Shown here: positions 9,461-18,074 of the stretch, one piece after another | How positions within the stretch are numbered: position 1 is the stretch's first letter | Layout of the letters: each line of letters begins with the position of its first letter | NCBI GenBank assembly: GCA_021734945.1 | Contig: JAIPIA010000001.1 | Coordinates: forward strand, 180,415-244,414 | Direction: 5' to 3' | Length of the DNA stretch: 64,000 nucleotides | Source of the DNA: Minisyncoccota bacterium | GTDB lineage: Bacteria > Patescibacteriota > Minisyncoccia > Phycocordibacterales > CAIZLB01 | Notes under the pieces: generated by a model | What the model was told of the DNA's origin: nothing | Seen by the model: only the letters and a program-made list of their open reading frames with translations | The model's database searches: none | Made by a program: the position numbers and the translations under genes

Positions 9461-9632
9461 ATTCGGGTAAGCACTCAGTTAGGTGCTTTTTTAATTTGTG
9501 CAAGTGTACTGAATTTTACAGAAAACTGATAAAACCTATTGAATAGTTTTTAAACAATTCAATAGGTCTAACTCAGGACCGACGTACACATTACCAGTTT
9601 AGAAACGGCTTATTTTACAACTCACAATCGGT

Positions 9633-10289
9633 TTGGCGATGCTTGTTTCGGGCATGGCATCAACAGTAGATAACTCTACTTTGTCATCGTACTCAAAACA
9701 GGACTCTACCAACCCAACCGCAGTAGTGACATCTTCAACAGAGGCAGCGCTGAAGAAGACATCCACTCTTGCAACTTCGTCAGAAGTAAAACAGGCTTCC
9801 AAGCAGCCTTCAAATGCTAACGCCTCTGTGGGCGGTCTAAATGCAAACGTAGAAACAGAGGTTAGAGAATATTTTGCTGATATTCCATTAATGGCCGAAG
9901 TTTCAAAGTGCGAATCGCGTTTTAGACAGTTTGAAAACGATGGTTCAGTTTTTCGAGGTAAGATCAATGATCGTGACGTAGGTGCTATGCAGATCAACGA
10001 ATTTTATCACGCAGAACGAGCCAAAAAGCTTGGATACAACCTACATACGCTCAAAGGTAACATGGACTACGCTCGACTCTTGTATAAAGAGCAGGGTGCA
10101 CAGCCATGGGTATCATCATCTCCATGTTGGAAAAAATCCGAAGTAGCGAAAGCTGTCTACGGACACGAAGCGGTATCAACATCTGAATCTATGAAAGTAG
10201 CTTTGATCGAAGATTTCCGTGATGCTCAAAAAAATATTATTGCTATGAGAAGCTCTGGGTCTTCAAAGGTCCTAGCCGACAATATCTAA
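9633..10289 (+). CDS. Lytic transglycosylase / lysozyme-like (SLT-type) domain protein
   Basis: 'CESRFRQF...DVGAMQINEFYH' matches the SLT catalytic Glu-Ser...GLMQI-type motif. The N-terminal half is low-complexity and S/T-rich. GC-richer than the flanks. Confidence 0.45.
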   Translation: MAMLVSGMASTVDNSTLSSYSKQDSTNPTAVVTSSTEAALKKTSTLATSSEVKQASKQPSNANASVGGLNANVETEVREYFADIPLMAEVSKCESRFRQFENDGSVFRGKINDRDVGAMQINEFYHAERAKKLGYNLHTLKGNMDYARLLYKEQGAQPWVSSSPCWKKSEVAKAVYGHEAVSTSESMKVALIEDFRDAQKNIIAMRSSGSSKVLADNI

Positions 10290-10316
10290 TAATTAAGTCT
10301 GAGGATCCAATTATAA

Positions 10317-10351
10317 AAAACACTTCTCGAAAGAGGGTGTTTTTTATTTTG
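10317..10351 (+). terminator. Terminator-like hairpin after the SLT-like gene
   Basis: Imperfect stem AACACTTCTC/GAGGGTGTT followed by TTTTTTATTTT. Confidence 0.4.
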
Positions 10352-10743
10352 CGAGAATGTTAATTGAGCAAGAAGATGGAAAGAATAGGGAAGAGTTCCC
10401 CTATCCAAAATGGGGAATTCAGGGATCGAACTTTTTAAAGTTTTGCTACGGCAGAAACTTATTTAAATAAATTGGTGTGGTGCATTACATTTTATTTTTT
10501 AGATAGATTTAAAAAATAAAAAAGGTAAATATTGGAGGAGTTTAAATCTGGATACTTGGTAGGCAGAGTCCTAGGGAGTGGCTTTGGCTCCTACTATATA
10601 CATGTCGCACAATATATCTTTTGCGACATGTATGCCTAGGTAGAAGGGGCCTCTCGGTCGATTTGGCCGACTTTGGGCTTATGTTGTATTAGCGACGCCA
10701 GTATTCTTTATCTTTCTAATGCAATTCCCGATCAATTAATTTC

Positions 10744-12282
10744 TTAAATTACTTCACCCATATATGGCAACGGCAATCCATATATAAATTTATTTTTTAA
10801 ATTTCTTTTTTGAAAAATTTCATCCCTACGTTTCTTTGATTCTAAACTTGAGCATAGATATACGGAATCATCTCCAAGACGCCTCCTGAGCGAATCTATG
10901 ACCTCGGTATATTGGCTTTTGTTGTCTAAGGTACTTTGTACGGCGAAAAGGTCGTCCTGTACGGTCTCGAGAGGCCTTAGTTGGTATACTGATATACCTG
11001 TAGATTTGATTTTGAAGCCAAAGTTTTGGAGCGTCTTACAAGGTGCTTGATTGTGGTGCTGAGGTTGTGAATGTTGTGGCCGACTATGTGTGGACCAGCC
11101 AAATAAGCCTGAGTTGTTTGTATTGTAAACTCCGACGCCAAGAATCTCATTATCAAGTTCATTAAAAATATTCTCACATTCTTTATAAATTGCTTTGCAT
11201 AGATCGCTTGCATTATTTGTATAAAAACCAATTTGAACTTCACGGCTTATATATCGATTAGATAATGTATTTTTCTTGAGAAAGAAACTAATACGGTTGG
11301 TTGAAAGTCTGTGTATACGTAAACGCGCACATAAAGACTCGGCATGATTTGAGAGCTCAGATAAGAAGAACGAACGTTCTTTAGGCGCTTGGAGTGCGCC
11401 ATTATTAAGTTGTGTTGAAAAAATATTAAAACTTTTGCCAAATGATCTGGTTGATTGGAGTGATTTGGGTATTCTAGATTCTGTGTTTAATCCTATGCAT
11501 CGCTCACCGCGAAGTTCACTCCAGGTTGTGAGTGTTCCCTCTCCAAAGTTCTTTTGTACAAATGCTCTATCGAGATTAATAAAATCAAATGCAGTTCTAA
11601 TGTTATAAGAGGTTAGCTCCGCACTTATTGCTCGGCCTATTCCCCACACTTTTCCTATCTCTGTTTCTTTTAAGAAACGAATACGATCACTTTCATTGAT
11701 GGTTACACAACCACTCGGCTTGTCGTATTTTGAGCCTATTTTGGCTAGAGTTTTTGTATCGGCTAAGCCGAATGATAATGTAATACCAAGACATAGTTCA
11801 GCTTCTTCTTTAATGATTTCTAAGAAGCTTTTAGATGATTCGTGAGTGCTGGATTCTGTATTGGTTGCGTCGTGCGAATTGTGAGCTTTAATATCACCAA
11901 GGCTTATAAGCGCGAAGCATTCATCTATACTATATCGTTCGACTTTGTCAGAATATTTGCAAAGCACTGTATATAGCTTTTCGGCGTATTGCTCATACAA
12001 CTCAAAGTGAGATGGAAGTATAATAACTTGAGGAAACTTTTCTCGAATTTCAAAAACTGGCATACCTCGATGTACTCCAAGTTTCTTTGCTTCATATGAC
12101 ATAGCTGAAGCAATTCCTCGTTCTTCACCAACGATAACAGGTCTGCCTTTGAGATGTGGAAATCGCGCAAGCTCACACGCGACGAAAAAGTTATCGCCAT
12201 CTACATGGAGGATTTTTGCGAGGCGTGTATCGTTATTAGCCTTCGTGTTATTTTCCGTTTTATTTTCCATATTTACGCACAA
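10744..12282 (-). CDS. Y-family (DinB/UmuC-type) translesion DNA polymerase
   Basis: 'ILHVDGDNFFVACE' (catalytic DxD), 'RGIASAMSYEAKKLGV' and 'SIDECF' (catalytic Glu). Overlaps the upstream lexA-like gene by about 20 nt. Confidence 0.85.
   Translation of the reverse strand: MCVNMENKTENNTKANNDTRLAKILHVDGDNFFVACELARFPHLKGRPVIVGEERGIASAMSYEAKKLGVHRGMPVFEIREKFPQVIILPSHFELYEQYAEKLYTVLCKYSDKVERYSIDECFALISLGDIKAHNSHDATNTESSTHESSKSFLEIIKEEAELCLGITLSFGLADTKTLAKIGSKYDKPSGCVTINESDRIRFLKETEIGKVWGIGRAISAELTSYNIRTAFDFINLDRAFVQKNFGEGTLTTWSELRGERCIGLNTESRIPKSLQSTRSFGKSFNIFSTQLNNGALQAPKERSFFLSELSNHAESLCARLRIHRLSTNRISFFLKKNTLSNRYISREVQIGFYTNNASDLCKAIYKECENIFNELDNEILGVGVYNTNNSGLFGWSTHSRPQHSQPQHHNQAPCKTLQNFGFKIKSTGISVYQLRPLETVQDDLFAVQSTLDNKSQYTEVIDSLRRRLGDDSVYLCSSLESKKRRDEIFQKRNLKNKFIYGLPLPYMGEVI
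11367..11380. promoter_or_regulatory. Intragenic copy of the LexA (Cheo) box AGAACGAACGTTCT
   Basis: Exact 14-mer palindrome GAAC-N4-GTTC. The 16-mer AGAACGAACGTTCTTT is identical to the box at 12980-12995. It lies inside the Y-polymerase ORF and encodes 'KERSFF'. Confidence 0.5.
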
Positions 12283-12970
12283 CAGCTTTTACTACAGCGT
12301 TTATACGGAGATCTTCTTTGGGATAAATTGGTTTAAATGCAGGATTTGCCGCTTCGAGAAACATTCGTCCTGTGGAGGTCTTTTTGAGGTACTTCATTGT
12401 GTATGAACCATCAACTTCAGCCACTACGATTTGTCCAACTCGTGGTGAGGATGTTCGTTCTACTATAACCATGTCTCCGTCGAGTATTCCGGCATCACGC
12501 ATAGAATCACCTTTAACTTTAAGCATAAAGCTTGCTTCTTTTTTATCTATAATCCAATCGTCGAGCGAAATGTTTTCATGGAGAGATTCTTCGCTTGGTG
12601 TTGGAAATCCCGCTTCAACAAGTCCTAGAAGTACCAGTGGTGTCTCTTGGTTGTATCTTGAGTATGAGGCGAGCCTTGAGTTACTTGCAACATTTTTGTT
12701 CGCGAGTGGAATTAATTTACCAGTCTTATCTACATCTACATACCCTAGGCTCTGAAGTTTTTTGATTAAGTTGTGAGCTGTGTTTTTTGATTTAATATTA
12801 CAGATATTACAAATCTCCGCATATGACGGCATTCTTAAATTTTTATTAAAAAAACTATAAATTTTATCTGAAGATTCTTTAAAATTAGATGAATTGGAAG
12901 GATCGAATTCATTTTTTTGATTACTTTTTGAACCTGATTTTATACCTTTTATGTTTCGTTTCATACACAT
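12260..12970 (-). CDS. lexA: LexA-type SOS repressor (HTH plus S24 peptidase)
   Basis: HTH 'MPSYAEICNICNIKSKNTAHNLIKKLQSLGYV', cleavage site 'LVEAGFP' (Ala-Gly), catalytic 'GDSMRDAGILDGDMVIVE' (Ser) and 'TMKYLKK' (Lys). A K/S/N-rich N-terminal extension. Confidence 0.8.
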   Translation of the reverse strand: MCMKRNIKGIKSGSKSNQKNEFDPSNSSNFKESSDKIYSFFNKNLRMPSYAEICNICNIKSKNTAHNLIKKLQSLGYVDVDKTGKLIPLANKNVASNSRLASYSRYNQETPLVLLGLVEAGFPTPSEESLHENISLDDWIIDKKEASFMLKVKGDSMRDAGILDGDMVIVERTSSPRVGQIVVAEVDGSYTMKYLKKTSTGRMFLEAANPAFKPIYPKEDLRINAVVKAVVRKYGK

Positions 12971-12972
12971 AT

Positions 12973-13001
12973 AGTATACAGAACGAACGTTCTTTTGTCA
13001 C
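12973..13001 (-). promoter_or_regulatory. Promoter of the lexA-polY operon
   Basis: Minus-strand reading gives GTGACA, then a 17-nt spacer containing the LexA box, then TATACT. The ATG lies 2-8 nt downstream, implying a leaderless transcript. Confidence 0.45.
12980..12993. promoter_or_regulatory. LexA operator (Cheo box, GAAC-N4-GTTC)
   Basis: AGAACGAACGTTCT is a perfect palindrome matching the Gram-positive LexA consensus CGAACN4GTTCG. It sits 10 nt upstream of the lexA ATG, in the promoter spacer. Confidence 0.7.
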
Positions 13002-13088
13002 TGTCATTGTCATTCTATATTTAAACCTTTACCTATCCCTGCCAGATTTTAACTACTTGGAGCGTTGGACGGTCTTTTTTATATCAAC

Positions 13089-13511
13089 TTACTCGCTCGT
13101 AACTCCATCAAAATCCTCGTCGTTTGCGGGGTCTATCGCCTCTTCCCTAGTGTGTCGAACCACTCCATCTTTATGGTGAGCTGGGGCGTATAGTGTGTAA
13201 AATTTGAGGTCTTTAGTTTCTGATGCGTTAACGATATTGTGCTCTGCTCCTCTTGGAACGATTATTGCGTCACCATCAGTTACATCATATGCATTTGAAT
13301 TGATAACAACTTTACCGTTACCTGCATCAAATCTAAAAAACTGATCATTCTCAGGGTGAGTTTCTAAGCCGATTTCTTCACCTGGCTTGAGAGACATAAG
13401 TACAAGCTGGATTTGTTCATTAGTATAAAGCACTCGACGGAAGTCAGAGTTATTTTTTGTTTCAGCTTCGAGTTTTATATGGAAACCCTTTTTGTGTTTT
13501 GGATCAGTCAT
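13089..13511 (-). CDS. Cupin-domain protein
   Basis: Conserved-barrel motifs 'GLETHPENDQFF...GNGKVVIN...GDAIIVPRGAEHNIVN'. Confidence 0.6.
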   Translation of the reverse strand: MTDPKHKKGFHIKLEAETKNNSDFRRVLYTNEQIQLVLMSLKPGEEIGLETHPENDQFFRFDAGNGKVVINSNAYDVTDGDAIIVPRGAEHNIVNASETKDLKFYTLYAPAHHKDGVVRHTREEAIDPANDEDFDGVTSE

Positions 13512-13522
13512 AGATGTTTAAA

Positions 13523-13765
13523 TTAAGCTGCTAAATCTTTAAAGAACGCGATAATTAATAGGATATCTTGCCAAACAATTCTCATAAGACTAACGATGTA
13601 TGCTCCAAATTCTCGAACCCATGGCTTTGCAAGAACTTCTCGTAGATCAACACCAAGAACATTTAAAATAACGAGTGCGATTATAATCGCGACAATAATT
13701 TGCAAAAAACCTCCTTGTTGCTTCGATTGCTTCGCTGTTTGATTGTTTGTAGAGATGTTCTTCAT
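13523..13765 (-). CDS. Small membrane protein (hypothetical)
   Basis: Two hydrophobic helices. The start is taken at the internal Met to avoid overlap with asnB. Confidence 0.3.
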   Translation of the reverse strand: MKNISTNNQTAKQSKQQGGFLQIIVAIIIALVILNVLGVDLREVLAKPWVREFGAYIVSLMRIVWQDILLIIAFFKDLAA

Positions 13766-13772
13766 TGTTGTT

Positions 13773-15839
13773 TTATGATTTGTGCTTTGGAATAAAAGTA
13801 TTATACCACAATGCAAACATCAACAATATATAAATCTTTCTTGCATTGTCTTTTTTACCAGATGTATGTTCTTGTTCCATCTGTTCGATGTACTGCATAT
13901 CAAATTTTTCTTTGATGTACGTGTTTGATTTAATCACATTCATTACTTCTTCGGGCTGCTTTTTAAGCCATTGTTTTATGGGTGTTGGAAATCCAAGTTT
14001 CTTTCGATTTGCAGTTGTTTTTGGTAATACAGATTCAAATGCTTTTCTGAGAATGTATTTTGTCGCTCCATTTTTATATTTGAAAACTTCAGGGATTCGA
14101 GCTGAGATTTTTGCAACTTCTATGTCCAAAAAAGGCACTCGGAGTTCGAGTGAATGAGCCATAGTCATCTTGTCGGCCTTAGCTAAAATGTCACCAGGTA
14201 ACCAAAAGTTAAGGTCAATATATTGCATTTTACGAGAATCACTTTCGTCTTGTACAGCTTCAAAATATGGATTCATATCCATGCGAGTTGGTTGCAGGTC
14301 AGAAGCTTCTTTGTTTGAGTCCTTCCAAAGTTTTTGTTGCTCGTCATGTTTAAAGATATTTGCATTGCCAATGTATCGGTCTTTGAGTGGTGTGAGAGAC
14401 CTCTTAATGTAATTTTTTCCATAGAAATTAAAAGGAAGCATCAAGAGTGGTTTGATAAATATACTTTTTACAAAAGTTGGAAGTTTTGAAACAAATGATG
14501 TTGCAAAAGGTTCTCTGTAAATATTGTATCCACCAAAAAGCTCGTCAGCTCCCTCACCTGACAGTACTACTTTTACTTTTTTCCGAGCCTCACGTGCGAG
14601 GAAATATAACGCTACGGCAGATGGGTCAGCCACAGGTTCATCAAAATGCCATGCAATTTTTGGCAATTCTCTAAAGTATTCATCAAAATCTACAACTATC
14701 TCTGTGTGGTCAGAACCTACAGCATCAGAAACTTGTCGAGCCTCGCTGTGTTCACTGACATGATCAAAACCTATAGTAAACGTTGATACGGAAGCAGCTT
14801 TAGCTTTTTTACGAAGATTTTGTACTGTCGTAACAATTATTCCACTATCAACACCTCCTGAAAGAAATGACCCAACTGGTACGTCCGCAATGAGGTGATG
14901 AGCAACAGAATCCTCCACTACCTTTCTTACTTCTTTAGCGAGGTTAATTTCATTCTCAGATTGATAGTAAGTTGTCTCTACCTCTTCGTCTGTGTTGCTT
15001 CTTTTTTCACCTTTTTTAACTACAATGTTTTTACTATCAACATCAGTTGTTGGCCAAACATTTTTATTATTAAAATGATAATGCCAATATGGCTCAATTT
15101 TAAATGTTCCAGTATTCAAATCAACAATCATGTAATGTCCTGGGAGAAGTCTATAAATCCCTTCAAACATTGTTTGCTCAAGTGGATTGTATTGGTATGC
15201 AAGATAATTAAATACAGCAGTATCATTTACTGACGGCTTATATTTTTTGTCTTCAAGAAGACTCTTAATTTCAGATCCAAAACTTACAATTTTTTGAGTA
15301 ATTTTTGGTTCAGGTTCGTTACCTTTTTTATATTTAAATTTTATTGCGCCGTCCTTTTCTCCAGTTCGTCCTTTTGCTTTTTCAACTACTTGTTCAACTC
15401 GATAGTAAATTGGTTTGATACCAAAAAAGTCACGCGCAATGAAAAGTTGATTCTTCTTTTTATCAAAAATAGAAAAACCAAACATACCTCGAAGTTTTCG
15501 GAGCATGTCAGGTCCGTACTGTTCGTAGAGATGTACGAGTCCCTCAGTATCACTATCAGTTTTAAATGTATGACCTAAAGAAATAAGTTCAGGTCGAAGT
15601 TCTCGGTGATTGTAAATTTCCCCATTGAAGACAACAGTCACTGTATCGTCCTCGTTAGAAATAGGTTGATGTCCTCCACCAAGGTCGATGATAGAAAGTC
15701 GTCGCATACCAAAAGCGAAATCTTTTTCCACAAGTACACCTCGATCATCAGGACCACGGTGAGTAATTACATCAACCATTTTATCAATAGTCTCTCGTGT
15801 CTTTTCTGATTTACCTAGTATTCCTGCGATTCCACACAT
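13773..15839 (-). CDS. asnB: Asparagine synthetase (glutamine-hydrolysing)
   Basis: N-terminal 'MCGIAG' Ntn Cys nucleophile and PP-loop 'SGGVDS'. A long insertion makes 688 aa. Confidence 0.85.
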   Translation of the reverse strand: MCGIAGILGKSEKTRETIDKMVDVITHRGPDDRGVLVEKDFAFGMRRLSIIDLGGGHQPISNEDDTVTVVFNGEIYNHRELRPELISLGHTFKTDSDTEGLVHLYEQYGPDMLRKLRGMFGFSIFDKKKNQLFIARDFFGIKPIYYRVEQVVEKAKGRTGEKDGAIKFKYKKGNEPEPKITQKIVSFGSEIKSLLEDKKYKPSVNDTAVFNYLAYQYNPLEQTMFEGIYRLLPGHYMIVDLNTGTFKIEPYWHYHFNNKNVWPTTDVDSKNIVVKKGEKRSNTDEEVETTYYQSENEINLAKEVRKVVEDSVAHHLIADVPVGSFLSGGVDSGIIVTTVQNLRKKAKAASVSTFTIGFDHVSEHSEARQVSDAVGSDHTEIVVDFDEYFRELPKIAWHFDEPVADPSAVALYFLAREARKKVKVVLSGEGADELFGGYNIYREPFATSFVSKLPTFVKSIFIKPLLMLPFNFYGKNYIKRSLTPLKDRYIGNANIFKHDEQQKLWKDSNKEASDLQPTRMDMNPYFEAVQDESDSRKMQYIDLNFWLPGDILAKADKMTMAHSLELRVPFLDIEVAKISARIPEVFKYKNGATKYILRKAFESVLPKTTANRKKLGFPTPIKQWLKKQPEEVMNVIKSNTYIKEKFDMQYIEQMEQEHTSGKKDNARKIYILLMFALWYNTFIPKHKS

Positions 15840-16036
15840 AATTTATATTCACAGTGTAGCAGAAAATGAGGCTTTGGCTAAGGGATTATTACCCAGTTTC
15901 TTTGTTTTTTGGTGTTGACAATATAGCTCATAATATATATGGTTACCCATAGTTTTTTGACAGAAAAATAGGAAAAACCACCTAAATTCTCAATATAGAT
16001 TGTAAACTCAGTAACACCCACACAAACCAGATACCT

Positions 16037-16588
16037 ATGAATATCCCAAATGCACTCAAAATCGTCCGATTCGAGCCTTCTCAACTTAAGTCAGACCTTC
16101 GGTTTTACGAAACTGGAGTAGTGAACGGACCCACCAATAATGATGGTGTCTCTAGTTTCTCACCGGCACTTTCCCACGCCTCCAAACTGGACATTCACAA
16201 AGGTCGACAGCTTTTGTTTGGCGACGGTCTGTTGTCCAATTGCCGAACAAATATTCCAGGACCCGACAAGATTCTTGAACTTCGTGATCGACCTCTTGCA
16301 GATCCAGACTTGATCTGGTCTCTGTTCAGTGAGGTCGGGCAGGTAAATCTCCGATATCTCAACGAAGTTTTTGGGGTAAGGTGGATTGAAGCTCTCCGGC
16401 GTACTGTGGTCCATGGTCAAGAAGGGAGCTCACGAGGTTCGCTTGTTGTTCGCATGAAACCGACTTTTGAATGGGAATGTTTCGTCTTTCCTCTTTCACA
16501 GATGCGAAGTGCTGATAATTTTGCTCTAATCCTCGGTGATTCGACGGATCAAAATGAGTACGCTGTGGAAGACCCTCACCTTGAGTGA
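16037..16588 (+). CDS. Hypothetical protein (GC-rich ORF)
   Basis: Longest ORF in a GC-rich patch. No recognisable motif. A promoter-like TTGACA-17-TATATA/TATGGT lies at about 15916-15950. Confidence 0.3.
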   Translation: MNIPNALKIVRFEPSQLKSDLRFYETGVVNGPTNNDGVSSFSPALSHASKLDIHKGRQLLFGDGLLSNCRTNIPGPDKILELRDRPLADPDLIWSLFSEVGQVNLRYLNEVFGVRWIEALRRTVVHGQEGSSRGSLVVRMKPTFEWECFVFPLSQMRSADNFALILGDSTDQNEYAVEDPHLE

Positions 16589-16654
16589 AATTTAAAATAA
16601 GTTTAAGTAAGGTACATCTTATTGCGTTCAAAATGCGCAAAAAAACCTACCCCC

Positions 16655-16690
16655 GCCACAAAGTATGTGTGCGGGTTTTTGATTTTAGAA
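16655..16690. terminator. Bidirectional terminator-like hairpin
   Basis: CCCGC...GCGGG stem with T-runs on both sides, between convergent genes. Confidence 0.4.
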
Positions 16691-16736
16691 TCAAAAAAAT
16701 GAGTTAGACAAATAAATAAAAAGAAGAAATCTCCTT

Positions 16737-18074
16737 TTAATTCCCATATGGTGGAAAATACACCATTGGATCTAGATACGCTTCAATAGGAGCAACTGGC
16801 ATACGTAAAATCTTACCCCTACAACTTACACTTGGACGGTTTTGGACACTTACTGCATTTGATGCATATACTGATATGTGAAGGTGCGGGCCAGTAGAAT
16901 AACCTGTATTACCCGAGTACCCAACGACGTCTCCTGTACGAACTTGTTGCCCTTCTTTTGCCCCTATAACAGATAAGTGACCATAGATAGAGGAAAGACC
17001 GTTATCGTACTTAATGAACACCCAGCGACCAAATGAGACCCCTTTACAGGCTAAATCTGTGTCTCCTACTCCTAGTACGACACCGTTTCCTGCAGACATT
17101 ACGGATGTACCGACTTTAACTCCAAAATCCACGCCATTGTGCGAACCTGAAACGTAAAGCCGACTTGCGCCTTCAGTCTTTCCGAATCGCTGAGTAATAC
17201 GTACATTTTCAACAGGCCAAGCGAGTAGGCTACTTTTAGCTTTAGGAATGCTTGATGGATCAAGGGTATATTTAATTTGTGATTCAAAATCAAACACTTC
17301 TTTTTCGAAAGATGCTTTTTGGGCCATCTTATCTTTAAGAATTTGTTGGAATGTCTTCTCTTGATTTTTTGTTTCTTTCAATACTTGAGCTTGCTCAGCT
17401 TTATCATTTTCAACAACTTTCTTTTTGTTTGCAATTTCAGCTTGCATTTTTACAAGGTCTTGCTTCTTTGTTTCTTGGGTATCTTTATTTGATTCAAGTT
17501 TTTGCTTTTCTCCTTGAATAAGAAGAATTCTATTTTGCAAAGCATTGTTAAAAGAGACTTGGCTGTCTATCTCAGTCAAGAAGTCTGTTAGATTTTTTTG
17601 AGAAAGCAGATTCTCAATAAAACTAAAATCCTCAGCTCGGTGAATTTCCCTAACACTTGAAGCAATACCATCTTGCAAACTAATTATTTTTTCTTCAGAT
17701 TCGCCAATGTTTATGCTAAGCTTTTGTATGTCCAAGTTTGCAACCTCTATCTTTTGTTTTAATCTCTTTATATCGAGATCCATAGCTTTTGCATTTTGCT
17801 CCAGACTCTTAATAACTTTTTGCAAAGACAGAGCTTCTTTACTTGTTTTGTCAGTCAACTCAGAATATGCTTGAATTTCTTTATTGAGCTGTTCAATATT
17901 TTTATTTCGCTCGTCGATTTTTTGTTGAAGTTCATCTACCGTATCTGCCTCCGCAATTTGGGTTAAGAAAGGATTGTTTGGATTAGCAATATAAACAACA
18001 GAAAGAATGCTCACTGCGAACATGAATCCAAAAAGGTTTAGGTATGAAGATTGTTTGTTATGGATTAATTTCAT
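16737..18074 (-). CDS. M23 family metallopeptidase with N-terminal coiled-coil (EnvC-like)
   Basis: 'HNGVDFGVKVGTSV' and 'GNTGYSTGPHLHISVY' (HxxxD and HxH M23 motifs). A long heptad-rich N-terminus follows a TM segment. Confidence 0.8.
   Translation of the reverse strand: MKLIHNKQSSYLNLFGFMFAVSILSVVYIANPNNPFLTQIAEADTVDELQQKIDERNKNIEQLNKEIQAYSELTDKTSKEALSLQKVIKSLEQNAKAMDLDIKRLKQKIEVANLDIQKLSINIGESEEKIISLQDGIASSVREIHRAEDFSFIENLLSQKNLTDFLTEIDSQVSFNNALQNRILLIQGEKQKLESNKDTQETKKQDLVKMQAEIANKKKVVENDKAEQAQVLKETKNQEKTFQQILKDKMAQKASFEKEVFDFESQIKYTLDPSSIPKAKSSLLAWPVENVRITQRFGKTEGASRLYVSGSHNGVDFGVKVGTSVMSAGNGVVLGVGDTDLACKGVSFGRWVFIKYDNGLSSIYGHLSVIGAKEGQQVRTGDVVGYSGNTGYSTGPHLHISVYASNAVSVQNRPSVSCRGKILRMPVAPIEAYLDPMVYFPPYGN

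Noticed and set aside
8959-9531. 12-mer GAAAACTGATAA occurring twice (8959 and 9520)
   Set aside because: At this length and AT content, 12-mer coincidences are expected many times in 64 kb. The flanks do not match.
10410-10445. tRNA-like fragment 'TGGGGAATTCAGGGATCGAAC' resembling an acceptor/T-arm on the minus strand
   Set aside because: No complementary T-stem, D-arm or anticodon arm can be drawn around it. It is only a local hairpin (GTTCCCC/GGGGAA).
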